From positions 1-43,448 of the forward strand of contig BTVJ01000061.1 in the NCBI GenBank assembly GCA_045863395.1: a DNA stretch of 43,448 bases, in the 5' to 3' direction. The stretch is from Myxococcales bacterium. GTDB taxonomy: Bacteria > Myxococcota_A > UBA9042 > JABWCM01 > BTVJ01. The notes under the pieces are model-generated. The model was not told the origin of the DNA. It worked only from the letters and a program-made list of their open reading frames with translations, and made no database searches. Both the position numbers and the translations under genes were made by a program. This document shows, in pieces, positions 26,683 through 35,207 of this stretch; within the stretch, counting starts at the first letter, position 1, and each line of letters opens with the position of its first letter.

Positions 26683-28760
26683 ATGACTCGCGCGTCGAGG
26701 CTTTGGATGAGTGTGCGCGTGGCGGTGTCGCTCGCGGGATGTCCCGAGAGCAACACCGGTGGATCGGCCGACGGCACCCTGGGGAGCGACGCTCTCGACA
26801 CCGGGACCGGCGGGAGCGGGGGCGGCGGGGGCGGCGGGGGCGGCGGGCGCGGCGGGCGCAGCGGGGCCGGCGGGGGCGGCGGGGGCGGCGGCACCCGGGG
26901 GCAGAGACACCCGGGGGCGGAGACACCGGGGGCGGAGACACCGGGGGCGGAGACACTGGAGTCGGAGACACCGCGAGCGACGACACCGGGTTCGGAGACG
27001 CCGCGAGCGAAGGTCAGGACGTCGAGGCCGACGCCGGCCAGCCCGGATGCACGGCGGATGACCAGTGCGAGGTGCAGGTGACGCTCGAGACCTGCCAGGT
27101 GGCGCGGTGCGAGGGCGGGCAGTGCGTGGCCGGCGACCCGCCGAACGACACGCCATGCGACGACGGCGACCCGTGCACCAGCGGCGACTCCTGCACGAGC
27201 GGCGCTTGTGCCGGCACCGTGATCGCCGGCTGCGGCGCCTGTGGCGACGGTACCTGCGGCAGCGGAGAGACCTGCGAGAGCTGCGAGTCGAACTGCGGAG
27301 CGTGCCCGCCGTGCGAGGACGCGGCCAGCTGCGACGACGGCGACGCCTGCACCACCGACTCCTGCGACGCGGCGCTCGGGTGCAGCCACGCTGACGAGTC
27401 GGCCACCTGCGCCGACGGAGACCCGTGCACGTCAGACTCTTGCGACGCCGCCCTCGGGTGCGTCTACACCACGGATGTCTGCGTCGACGGCGACGCCTGC
27501 ACGGACGACGCATGCGACGGCGCGGGCGAGTGCGCGCACGCCGCGATCGACTGCGGTGACGGGGACCCGTGTACGGCAGACTCCTGCGCCCCTTCCTACT
27601 CGTGCGTGTCTGGAGAGCTCGCCGGAGACTCCTGCCTCACGGTCCACTCGCGGGCGTCCACGTGGGCACAAGCCGAAGCGGCGTGCCAGGCCGCGGGCGG
27701 GCACCTGGTCACCATCGGCAGCGCAGCGGAGCAGGCGAGCGTCCTGGCCTTGGTCCAGCCCACGTGCGGCAGCAGCCCGTACTTCTGGATCGGCATCACG
27801 GACCAGGACGTGGAGGGCACCTTCGTCTGGGCCTGGGGGGACCCGGCCACCTGAACCAACTGGGCCTCTGGCGAGCCGAACGACTCGGGTGGAGAGGACC
27901 ACACGCTGGTCTACCCGTTCGGCACCTGGAACGACGCCTCGGCGGAGCAGGCCCACTCGTGCTGGGTCTGCGAGACCCCGGCGAGCCCCCCGGGCTGCAC
28001 CCACGAGCCGTTCCTGGACTGCGACGACGCGGACGCGTGCACGTCGGACCACTGCGTCGCGGCCGGCGAGCGCCCGTTCGGCGAGCTCCACGACGGGAGC
28101 TGCCATGAGGCGGCCGTGTCGTACAAGGGGTGGATCCCTGCGGCCGAGGCGTGCGCGAACCAAGGCGGGCACCTCACGTCCATCGCAAGCGCGCACGAGA
28201 ACGCGACGGTCGCTTCCGTCGTAGCGGCAGGGTGCGGATCCGCGGCGACGGCGTGGATCGGGTTCAACGACTTCGCCGCCGACGGCACCTACGTGTGGGA
28301 CGGGGGCGACGGGGTGTCATACACCAACTGGGCTGCCGGCGAGCCGAGCAGCTTCAACGACGAGGACGGCGTCCAGCTCTTTGCATCGAGCGGGCTCTGG
28401 AACGACGCGGCCACGGGCGCGACCTGCTACGTGTGCGAGACGGAGCCAGCCGGCGCAGGCGGAGCCTGCACGTCGCGCAAGGACGACTGCGACGACGGAG
28501 AGTCCTGCACCTACGACACACGCGACCCGGCCACCGCGACCTGCGGCACGACAGTCCCCTCGGCCAACTGCTGCCAGAGCTCGGGGTGCTCGAGCGTCGG
28601 TTGCCGTGCGTGCGTCAGCGCGATGGACGGCTACTGCGCGTCCCACTGGGACCTGTACTGCACGTCCTGCGCCCAGAGTGGCCAGGGCTTCAAGAGCTCG
28701 TGCCTCGGCGGAGACTGCGCGGACGCCTGCGGCTGCGACGCCGTCCTGACCTGCCAGTAG
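26683..28760 (+). pseudogene. Disrupted Cys-rich lipoprotein with two C-type lectin domains (frameshift near 26881-26912 and in-frame TGA at 27852-27854)
   Basis: ATG 26683 after GGAGGAG with an LAGC lipobox. Frame changes in a GGGDT repeat. CTL1 (WAQAEAAC...GGHLVTI...WIG...*TNWASGEPND...WND) continues in frame past the TGA into CTL2 (WIG...YTNWAAGEP...WND) and stops at TAG 28760. Confidence 0.8.
26813..26972 (+). repeat. G/C-rich 9-bp (GGGGGCGGC) tract followed by 15/16-bp GGGDT-coding repeats
   Basis: GGGGGCGGAGACACC-type units at 26913, 26928, 26943 and 26958, preceded by two 16-nt variants at 26881 and 26897. Confidence 0.8.
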
Positions 28761-28941
28761 GCCGACCCCTGCGCACGGAGCAGCAGGACCGGGCACGGAG
28801 CGCCTCCCGGGGTTGCCAGGCCACACCCTGCGGGGGCACACTCTCACCCAAAGCGGCACCGAGGGAGGCGGTCGTGGTCGACGGTCTGTCCGCGCTCCTC
28901 CCGCGTGGCCCCACTCGTCAGGCCGGCGAGAGGAGCGTGCG

Positions 28942-30306
28942 ATGAGAGCTACGACTATCCGCATGGCCCGGCCCCCGGTGCCGGGGGTTCGATGGCCTGA
29001 CCCGAGCCCGGTGACGCGGCATGTCACGCTGTGCGTCGAGGTCGCCCTGGCGCTGCTGGCGCTCGCCGCGGCATGTACGGACACCGTGGTGGAGCCCAGG
29101 ACCGCCGGGGAGGGCGACGGGGGGCCTGGCTACAACGGCGGAGCTCCCCTGGCGGACGCCGGGCAGGGGAGCCCCGATGCCCTCGTCGCAGGAGCAGACG
29201 ACGCCGCCGACCCTGGAGCACGCGCAGCGGACACCTCTCGAACGCCGTGGAGCCCGGCCGACACGGCATCCGTCGCGCCCGCTGACGGCGCGGCGGCGAG
29301 CGACGCACCACCCACGCCGGACACCGGAGCACGCGCTCCGGCGGATGCGGCTGCCCCCGAGGACGCCGCGGCACCGATGGACATCGCCGCACCGATGGAC
29401 ATCGCCGCGCCTGCGGACATCGCCACACCTGGGGAGGACGCCGGTGGCTCGGTGTGCGCCGCCTGCGGCCCCGACCAGGTGTGTGCCGGAGGCGCGTGCG
29501 TCCCCGCCTGCCAGGGGAGCTGTGCGTGCGTCCCCGGCCCCGACGACTGCCCCAACCCGCCGGGCGGCGGCCAGATCCCGGGCGCCGTGACGCCCGACGC
29601 CTTCGGCACCCTCAAGGCCCTGGCGGCCCAGTCGAAGTTCTGGCCGGCCTGCGAGGGCGGCGACGAGCTCGCGTGTCACCTGTTCCTGCGCGCGGCGACC
29701 CGCACCCTCTACGAGCAGGATCCGAACTGGGGGCTGCTCACCAAGGTCCCGGGGCAGAACCAGTGCTCGACGACCGCCTGCGGAGGTGGCGTGAGCTGCG
29801 GCTACGCGGTTGACGCCATCATCTACCGCGCCACGAACCAGGTCATCGACATCATCGTCGCCATTGGCTCTCCGGGCGCGTCCGTCTCCTGGCAGCTCGT
29901 GGGCAAGCTCGACTACAACCACTGGGCGCCACCGCCGTGCGTGGGCCCCGACGCAGGCCCCACGCCGCCGGACACCCTGGCCTCGGGCGCCTCCCTGGGG
30001 CCGGGCGAGTGGCTCCTGTCCGGCGACGGGCGCTTCCGCCTCGAGTACCAGACCGACGGCGATCTCGTGCTCACCTACGTCGGAGTCGGCGCGCTCTGGT
30101 CGACGGGCACGAAGGGCGCTCCGGGCAGCGTCTCCATGCAGGGCGACGGCAACCTCGTGGTGTACGCCGCGGGGGGAACACCGGTCTGGGCCAGCGGAAC
30201 CGGGGAGAGCCCGGGCGCTTCGCTCCTCGTGCAGTCCGACGGCAACGCGGTCCTCTACGCGCCCGGCGGCGAGGCGGTGTGGTCGACCGAGACGTGCTGC
30301 TACTGA
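28942..30306 (+). CDS. Lipoprotein with Ala/Asp/Pro linker, an unknown central domain and a C-terminal bulb-type (GNA) mannose-binding lectin domain
   Basis: LLALAAAC lipobox; QTDGDLVLTY, QGDGNLVVY and QSDGNAVLY QxDxNxVxY-type motifs. Start uncertain (ATG 28942 with SD, or GTG 29011). Confidence 0.8.
   Translation: MRATTIRMARPPVPGVRWPDPSPVTRHVTLCVEVALALLALAAACTDTVVEPRTAGEGDGGPGYNGGAPLADAGQGSPDALVAGADDAADPGARAADTSRTPWSPADTASVAPADGAAASDAPPTPDTGARAPADAAAPEDAAAPMDIAAPMDIAAPADIATPGEDAGGSVCAACGPDQVCAGGACVPACQGSCACVPGPDDCPNPPGGGQIPGAVTPDAFGTLKALAAQSKFWPACEGGDELACHLFLRAATRTLYEQDPNWGLLTKVPGQNQCSTTACGGGVSCGYAVDAIIYRATNQVIDIIVAIGSPGASVSWQLVGKLDYNHWAPPPCVGPDAGPTPPDTLASGASLGPGEWLLSGDGRFRLEYQTDGDLVLTYVGVGALWSTGTKGAPGSVSMQGDGNLVVYAAGGTPVWASGTGESPGASLLVQSDGNAVLYAPGGEAVWSTETCCY
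29371..29424 (+). repeat. 18-bp tandem repeat (APMDIA x2, APADIA)
   Basis: GCACCGATGGACATCGCC at 29371 and 29389, variant copy at 29407. Confidence 0.85.
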
Positions 30307-30323
30307 GGAGCTGCGCAGTCTAG

Positions 30324-31040
30324 GACTTCAACCACCTCTTCACGCCGGCCCTCGATGACGCGCTGCTGGACCGCCACCCGAAGCACGGCGACTTCATCAA
30401 CCGCATCTTCCAGGATGAGCCACCAGGCGCCCTCTTCCGCTCCCTGATGCTGGACCGCGTCTACGACCGCCACACGAAGCAGGGCGGCGAGGGCGCCCCG
30501 GTGCTGCCGTTCCGCACGTTGCCCCCCCGGGAAGCCCGCCCCTATGAGAACTGCGTCCCCCTCTACGACCTGAAGGTGGCGGCGGGCCTGTTCTTGCAGT
30601 CTCAGGCAGTCGACGCCGTGATGGAATCGGGACAGCTCCAAGACACGGACCAGCCCCAGTGGGTCGAGCTCCCCCCGAGATTCACACCGAGCCGCGACCT
30701 CTTCGTGACCCAGGTCGTCGGCGAGTCGATGAACCGCCGGATCCCGAACGGGGCGTGGTGCTTGTTTCGGCTGAACCCGGGCTGCGACGGAGAGAGCGGG
30801 ACGCAGATCGTGCTGGCACAGCTTCGGGACATCGAGGACCCGGAGACGGGGGGGAGGTTCACGGTGAAGGCGTACCGGAGGGAGACCGTTCCGGGTGCCA
30901 ATGGCGAGGAAGCGAGAATTCGGGTCGTGCTGTCGCCGCTGTCGACGCAGGCGGGACAGGAGCCCATCGTGCTCGCGGACCTGCAGGACGGAGGTCTTCA
31001 GGTCATCGCCGCGCTGGTCTCAGGTCTGGCGGTGGCATGA
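30324..31040 (+). pseudogene. 3' remnant of a larger gene: HsdR-like C-terminal helices fused to an S24 (LexA-type) peptidase domain
   Basis: Frame opens after TAG 30321-30323 with no start or SD (DFNHLFTPALDDALLDRH...FQDE...DRVYDR), then VPLYDLKVAAG, VVGESMNRRIPNG and FTVKAY. The S24 call is strong; the HsdR call is by resemblance. Confidence 0.6.
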
Positions 31041-31225
31041 CCGAACGCGACACGATCAATTGGTGCTCGCAGGGCTCCGGCCATCATGGACGCTCTCCGG
31101 CGGAGGAGCCCTCGTCGCGGTCCACCTGGGCCACCGGGTCGACGCGGGATCTCGACATTCTTGGTCCAGGTCGCCATCGAGGAGTGCATCGCGCTCGCCA
31201 CCCACCGCATCCGCGAGCGGCAGGC
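31037..31225 (+). pseudogene. Possible frameshifted 5' fragment of a DUF86/HEPN toxin gene
   Basis: ATGA-coupled start MTERDTIN; in another frame FLVQVAIEECIALATH resembles the DUF86 LQxAIExCIDIAxH helix. No RxxxxH-containing C-terminus. Confidence 0.35.
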
Positions 31226-31230
31226 TGGGT

Positions 31231-31266
31231 CGTGCCATTGCATCATGGCACGCCTGGTGCCATCTT
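31231..31266 (+). promoter_or_regulatory. TA operon promoter with overlapping palindromic operator
   Basis: TTGCAT(31238)-17 nt-CATCTT(31261), overlaid by GTGCCAT-N6-ATGGCAC-N5-GTGCCAT; ATG 6 nt after the -10 box. Confidence 0.65.
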
Positions 31267-31272
31267 CTCTGT

Positions 31273-31542
31273 ATGGGTTCCGCGACGCACAACCTGCACA
31301 TCCCGCTCCCCGAGTCGATGAATCGGGAGCTTCGTGAGGCCGCTCGGGAGCTCGGCGAGCCCGCGACCGCGGTGGCTCGGAGGGCTCTCGCTGCCTGGCT
31401 CGCTGACCGACGTCGGGCTGCTGTTCGCGCTGACATCGCGGCCTACGCCGAAGCACATGCCGGCTCCGAGAGCGACCTTGACGAGGACCTGGAGGCCGCT
31501 GGCGCCGAGCTGCTCGCGGAGGGAGGCCATGCGGAGGGGTGA
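31273..31542 (+). CDS. Putative ribbon-helix-helix antitoxin
   Basis: 89 aa; N-terminal beta strand NLHIPLP, two helices and an acidic tail; overlaps the toxin start. Confidence 0.75.
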   Translation: MGSATHNLHIPLPESMNRELREAARELGEPATAVARRALAAWLADRRRAAVRADIAAYAEAHAGSESDLDEDLEAAGAELLAEGGHAEG

Positions 31543-31876
31543 CGTCTACGTGGCGCAGGTCGTCCCCCGCTCGGGCTCAGAGCAGACCGGAACCCGCCCC
31601 GTCGTGGTCGTCTCGAACGACGGGTTCAACGCGGTCCCGTCTTGGCGCTCCGTGATCGCGGTGCCACTCTCCACGTCCGCATCTCAGGCAAGGCGAGGCC
31701 CGACCGCTGTGCCGATCGCCGCAGGCATCGGAGGCATCCAGCGTGACAGCGTCGCGCTCTGCCACCAGGTGACGACCCTGGACCGGTCAAAGCTCAAGAG
31801 CTACGTCGGGTCGTTGCCAGAGGAGGTGCTCCGGGCTGTCGACGACGGGCTGAGGGCCTCACTGGACCTGGGGTAA
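31529..31876 (+). CDS. mazF: PemK/MazF family toxin (endoribonuclease)
   Basis: MRRGDVY...GSEQTGTRPVVVVSNDGFN...VPLST...QVTTLDRSKL. ATG 31529 follows GGAGG. Confidence 0.92.
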   Translation: MRRGDVYVAQVVPRSGSEQTGTRPVVVVSNDGFNAVPSWRSVIAVPLSTSASQARRGPTAVPIAAGIGGIQRDSVALCHQVTTLDRSKLKSYVGSLPEEVLRAVDDGLRASLDLG

Positions 31877-31974
31877 CCACTCTCCTCGTCGCGCTGGCAC
31901 GACCCGAGCGGTAGACGGAGGGTGCGTGGCCCCCTGAAGGCGCGGCAGGATGGCGCGGAGAGCCCGCCGCCCGC

Positions 31975-33843
31975 TCACTGCGCCGCGGCCTCCCGCGCCA
32001 GCGCCCCCACCCTCTGGTGGTAGGACGCGATGATGTCGCGCCGAGACAACATGCCGAGCAGGTGGCGCCCCGCATCGGAGTCCACCACCGGGATCTCGTC
32101 GATGTTCTTCATGGTGACGAGCCCCAGGGCGCGGTGCAGCGTGTCCTCGGGGGTCACGAAGAGCACGCGCTCCGGCGACAGGTCCTGCGCGACGATGAGG
32201 TCCGCGAGCTCCTGGTCGTAGAGGACCTCTCTCAAGTCGTTGAGAGAGAACACTCCCGTCATGCGCCCACCGTGGTCCACGATGGGGAAGTAGTGCTGCT
32301 GGGTGTGGGTGATCAGGTCCAGGATCTGCCGGAGCGAGGTCTCCGGGAACACGGTGCTGACGTCGCGTCCCCGGTTGAACACGCCCTCCACGCGCATGTC
32401 CTCGAGCACGTCCACCATGAACTCCCCGCGGTGCGCCGGCGAGTCGATGCGCGACGGGACCTGCTCCGGGTAGATGGTCCAGCGGTGCGCGATGAACAGG
32501 CACATGGACACGACCAGCATGGAAGGCAGCAGAAGTGAGTAGGTGCCCGTCATGTCGGCGACCATGATCACGGTGGAGATGGGGGTGTTGGCGGCGCCCG
32601 CGAAGAAACCCGCCATGCCGACGATGGTGAAAGCCCCCACGTGGGGCACCACGTCGGGGATCCACTGGTGGAAGAGTGTGCCAACGGCGGCCCCGAGGCA
32701 GCCGCCGATGACCATGGCGGGGCCGAACTTGCCGCCGCTGCCGCCAGAGCCGATGGTGATGCCCGTCGTGAGCATCTTCCCGAAGGCCACGAGGAGCAGG
32801 AGGCCGATGGCCGGGGCGGCGGCCCCTGACGCCTGGACCGCCTCACCCAGCACACCGTAGCCCGAACCCATGACGGCGAGGGAGGTGAGATCGCCCGTCG
32901 ACAGCCACGCGGCGGCCCCGATGGCGCCGACCGCGAGGCCGCCCAGCAGCGGACGAACGGAGGGGCTGACGGGGAGGGCACGCCAGAACGCCCCGACGGC
33001 GCCGAAGGTCCGCACGTAGAGGATGGCCGCCAGCGCCATGGCGAGCCCGAGCACGAAGTAGGGCCCGAGCTCCAGGGCGCTCGTGAAGGCGAAGGCCTCC
33101 GTGCCCCCGAAGAGGTGGCCGAAGCCGTAGACCGAGCAGTAGACCACGTAGGAGATGATCGACGAGATCAGCGCGGGGATGATCACCTCAGCCTCGATCT
33201 CGGGGCCGCTGTAGAGCACCTCGGCGGCAAAGAGCGCGCCGGCCAGGGGGGCGCGGAAGATGGCCCCCACGCCCGCGCTCATGCCGGCCGCCACCAGGAT
33301 GCGCCGCTCCCGGTCGCTCAGGTTCATGAGCCCGCCCAACACGGACCCTACCCCGGCCCCGATCTGGGAGATCGGCCCCTCGCGGCCCGCGGAGCCGCCC
33401 GTGGAGAGGGTCACCGACGACGCCAGCAGCTTCACGAGGGGCACGCGGGCCGGGATGTGCCCACGCTGGCGATGGTAGGCGTGGATGGCGCCGTCCGTGC
33501 CGCCGCCCTCGGCCTCGGGAGCGAATCGCACGAGGATGGCGACCACCAGCCCGCCGAACGCAGGCACCGCCAGGAGCGCCAGGATGGAGGGCGGCCCGAG
33601 CGCCTCTGCGAAGCCCATGGTCTCGCCCGGCGGGAGCGGCGGGGTGTAGCCGATGAGGTGCGTCCAGAAGAACTGGGTGCCGTTCTCGATGAGCCATTGG
33701 AAGACCACGGCCCCGAGCCCCGCCACCGTCCCGACGAGCCCCGCCAGGCCGAACCAGTGCCACACGCCGCGGAGGTTGAAGGTATCGACGAGGTCGTTGA
33801 CGTCGGCGCGCACCTTGCGCATCTCGGGGAGCTTCGGCTTCAC
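31975..33843 (-). CDS. ClC chloride channel/transporter family protein with a C-terminal CBS pair
   Basis: EAEGGGTD, GGSAGREGP, FRAPLAGALFAAEVLY, GSGGSGGKFGP, then CBS domains. Start uncertain. Confidence 0.9.
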   Translation of the reverse strand: MKPKLPEMRKVRADVNDLVDTFNLRGVWHWFGLAGLVGTVAGLGAVVFQWLIENGTQFFWTHLIGYTPPLPPGETMGFAEALGPPSILALLAVPAFGGLVVAILVRFAPEAEGGGTDGAIHAYHRQRGHIPARVPLVKLLASSVTLSTGGSAGREGPISQIGAGVGSVLGGLMNLSDRERRILVAAGMSAGVGAIFRAPLAGALFAAEVLYSGPEIEAEVIIPALISSIISYVVYCSVYGFGHLFGGTEAFAFTSALELGPYFVLGLAMALAAILYVRTFGAVGAFWRALPVSPSVRPLLGGLAVGAIGAAAWLSTGDLTSLAVMGSGYGVLGEAVQASGAAAPAIGLLLLVAFGKMLTTGITIGSGGSGGKFGPAMVIGGCLGAAVGTLFHQWIPDVVPHVGAFTIVGMAGFFAGAANTPISTVIMVADMTGTYSLLLPSMLVVSMCLFIAHRWTIYPEQVPSRIDSPAHRGEFMVDVLEDMRVEGVFNRGRDVSTVFPETSLRQILDLITHTQQHYFPIVDHGGRMTGVFSLNDLREVLYDQELADLIVAQDLSPERVLFVTPEDTLHRALGLVTMKNIDEIPVVDSDAGRHLLGMLSRRDIIASYHQRVGALAREAAAQ

Positions 33844-34063
33844 TGCGGACGCTACCTGCCAGCCAGGGTCGGGGGCCCACGCTAGCGGCACCGCCGCGGA
33901 CATGCAAGACGTTCCGTCCCACGGAGGTGAAGCGCCAGGCTCGACCAGCGCGACGCGGCTGGGTCGCGCGTGCTCGCCCACTGGGGAGTGGACCGAGTCG
34001 CGCCCGCTTGCTCGGGCGGGCCACCTGTGGCCAAATGCGCCCGGTACACCCAGGAGCCCGCGT

Positions 34064-34408
34064 ATGACCCTCGCTGCCACCGCCGCCATCGCGTTCGTCG
34101 CCCTCCAGCACGTCGCCTTCCTCGTGCTGGAGATGTTCCTCTGGACCACTCCGACGGGGCGGCGCATCTTCCAGATGACCCGGGAGCAGGCGGAGGCCAC
34201 CCGCGTCCTCGCCGCCAACCAGGGGCTCTACAACGGCTTCCTGGCGGGGGGCCTCGCCTGGAGCGCGGCGACGGGGAACGGCCCGGTCGCCACGTTCTTC
34301 ACGGCTTGTGTGGTCGTGGCCGGGGTGTTCGGCGCCGCCACGGCGAGCCGGAGCATCCTCTTCGTCCAGGCGCTCCCGGGCGCCGTCGCCCTCGCGCTCG
34401 TGATCTGA
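34064..34408 (+). CDS. DUF1304 family membrane protein
   Basis: HVAFLVLEMFLW, LAANQGLYNGFLA and ILFVQALP motifs. Confidence 0.88.
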   Translation: MTLAATAAIAFVALQHVAFLVLEMFLWTTPTGRRIFQMTREQAEATRVLAANQGLYNGFLAGGLAWSAATGNGPVATFFTACVVVAGVFGAATASRSILFVQALPGAVALALVI

Positions 34409-35157
34409 TGTACGTGGTCGCCATTCATGGGGAGCGCACCGAAGACCGCGCGGAGCCGCTCGCTGAGATCACCGGCCGCGCGCTCGCGGAGGCCCGAGCG
34501 CGTTTGCGGGTGCCAGGCACGGGGCCCCTGGTGGTCGCGGTGCTGCGGGACAGGGCCCAGGCCGTCGACGTGGGGCGCCGGCTGAAGGCTGCGGGCTTTC
34601 GGGTCATCGCGGTCGGGCCCGAGCACGTGGAGACGGACGCGGCGCGCATCGTGGCCCGCACCGCCACCCTCACCGGTGAGACGCTCACGGTGGTGCCGCG
34701 CCAGGGCGAGGCGGTCCCCGTGCCCCTCTGGACGGTGACCCTGCTCCTCTTTGGCACGAGCGCCTCCGTCCAAACGGACGTCCGCGAGGAGAAGTCGAGC
34801 AAGCTGAGCCTCGGCCGCGCCGCCCTGACCGGCGGCCTCGTGTCCCGCAAGGCGGTCGTGCGCAAGGTGACGACCGAGGAGCAGATCCGGGAGCGCTTCG
34901 TCTACCTGCGGGCACCCGGGCTGCCGACGGTCGCCCTGCGCGAGGGGTCGCTCCAGGGCGCCGGGGAGGGAGAGCACGCGACGAGGGTCGGCCGCTTCGC
35001 GCAGCTCATGGCGGACCTCCGGCGCCTGTGCAGCGCCGCCCGCTTCGACGACCGCCTGCTGAACCGCGGCACCCAGGCCATGCTCCTCGGCCCCGCGCTC
35101 GCCCCGGAGGACCACCTGGACCTCGTCACGACCCTGCTGATCCGCTCGCTCACCTGA
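34408..35157 (+). CDS. Hypothetical protein
   Basis: TGATG coupling to DUF1304; good codon usage; SLGRAALTGGL segment. Confidence 0.7.
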   Translation: MYVVAIHGERTEDRAEPLAEITGRALAEARARLRVPGTGPLVVAVLRDRAQAVDVGRRLKAAGFRVIAVGPEHVETDAARIVARTATLTGETLTVVPRQGEAVPVPLWTVTLLLFGTSASVQTDVREEKSSKLSLGRAALTGGLVSRKAVVRKVTTEEQIRERFVYLRAPGLPTVALREGSLQGAGEGEHATRVGRFAQLMADLRRLCSAARFDDRLLNRGTQAMLLGPALAPEDHLDLVTTLLIRSLT

Positions 35158-35207
35158 CCCTTGCGGCGGCCGCGCCGGGGCCGCACACTGCCAGGCCGGA
35201 GGTCGGG

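Noticed and set aside
27852..27910. Selenocysteine recoding of the TGA
   Set aside because: The position aligns with an aromatic residue, not Cys. The downstream hairpin is weak for GC-rich DNA, and the gene has other lesions.
27600..28450. Diversity-generating retroelement acting on the C-type lectin domains
   Set aside because: No reverse transcriptase and no near-identical template/variable repeat pair differing only at adenines.
26186..31900. Intact mobile element or prophage
   Set aside because: No integrase, transposase, terminal repeats, tRNA target or phage genes seen.
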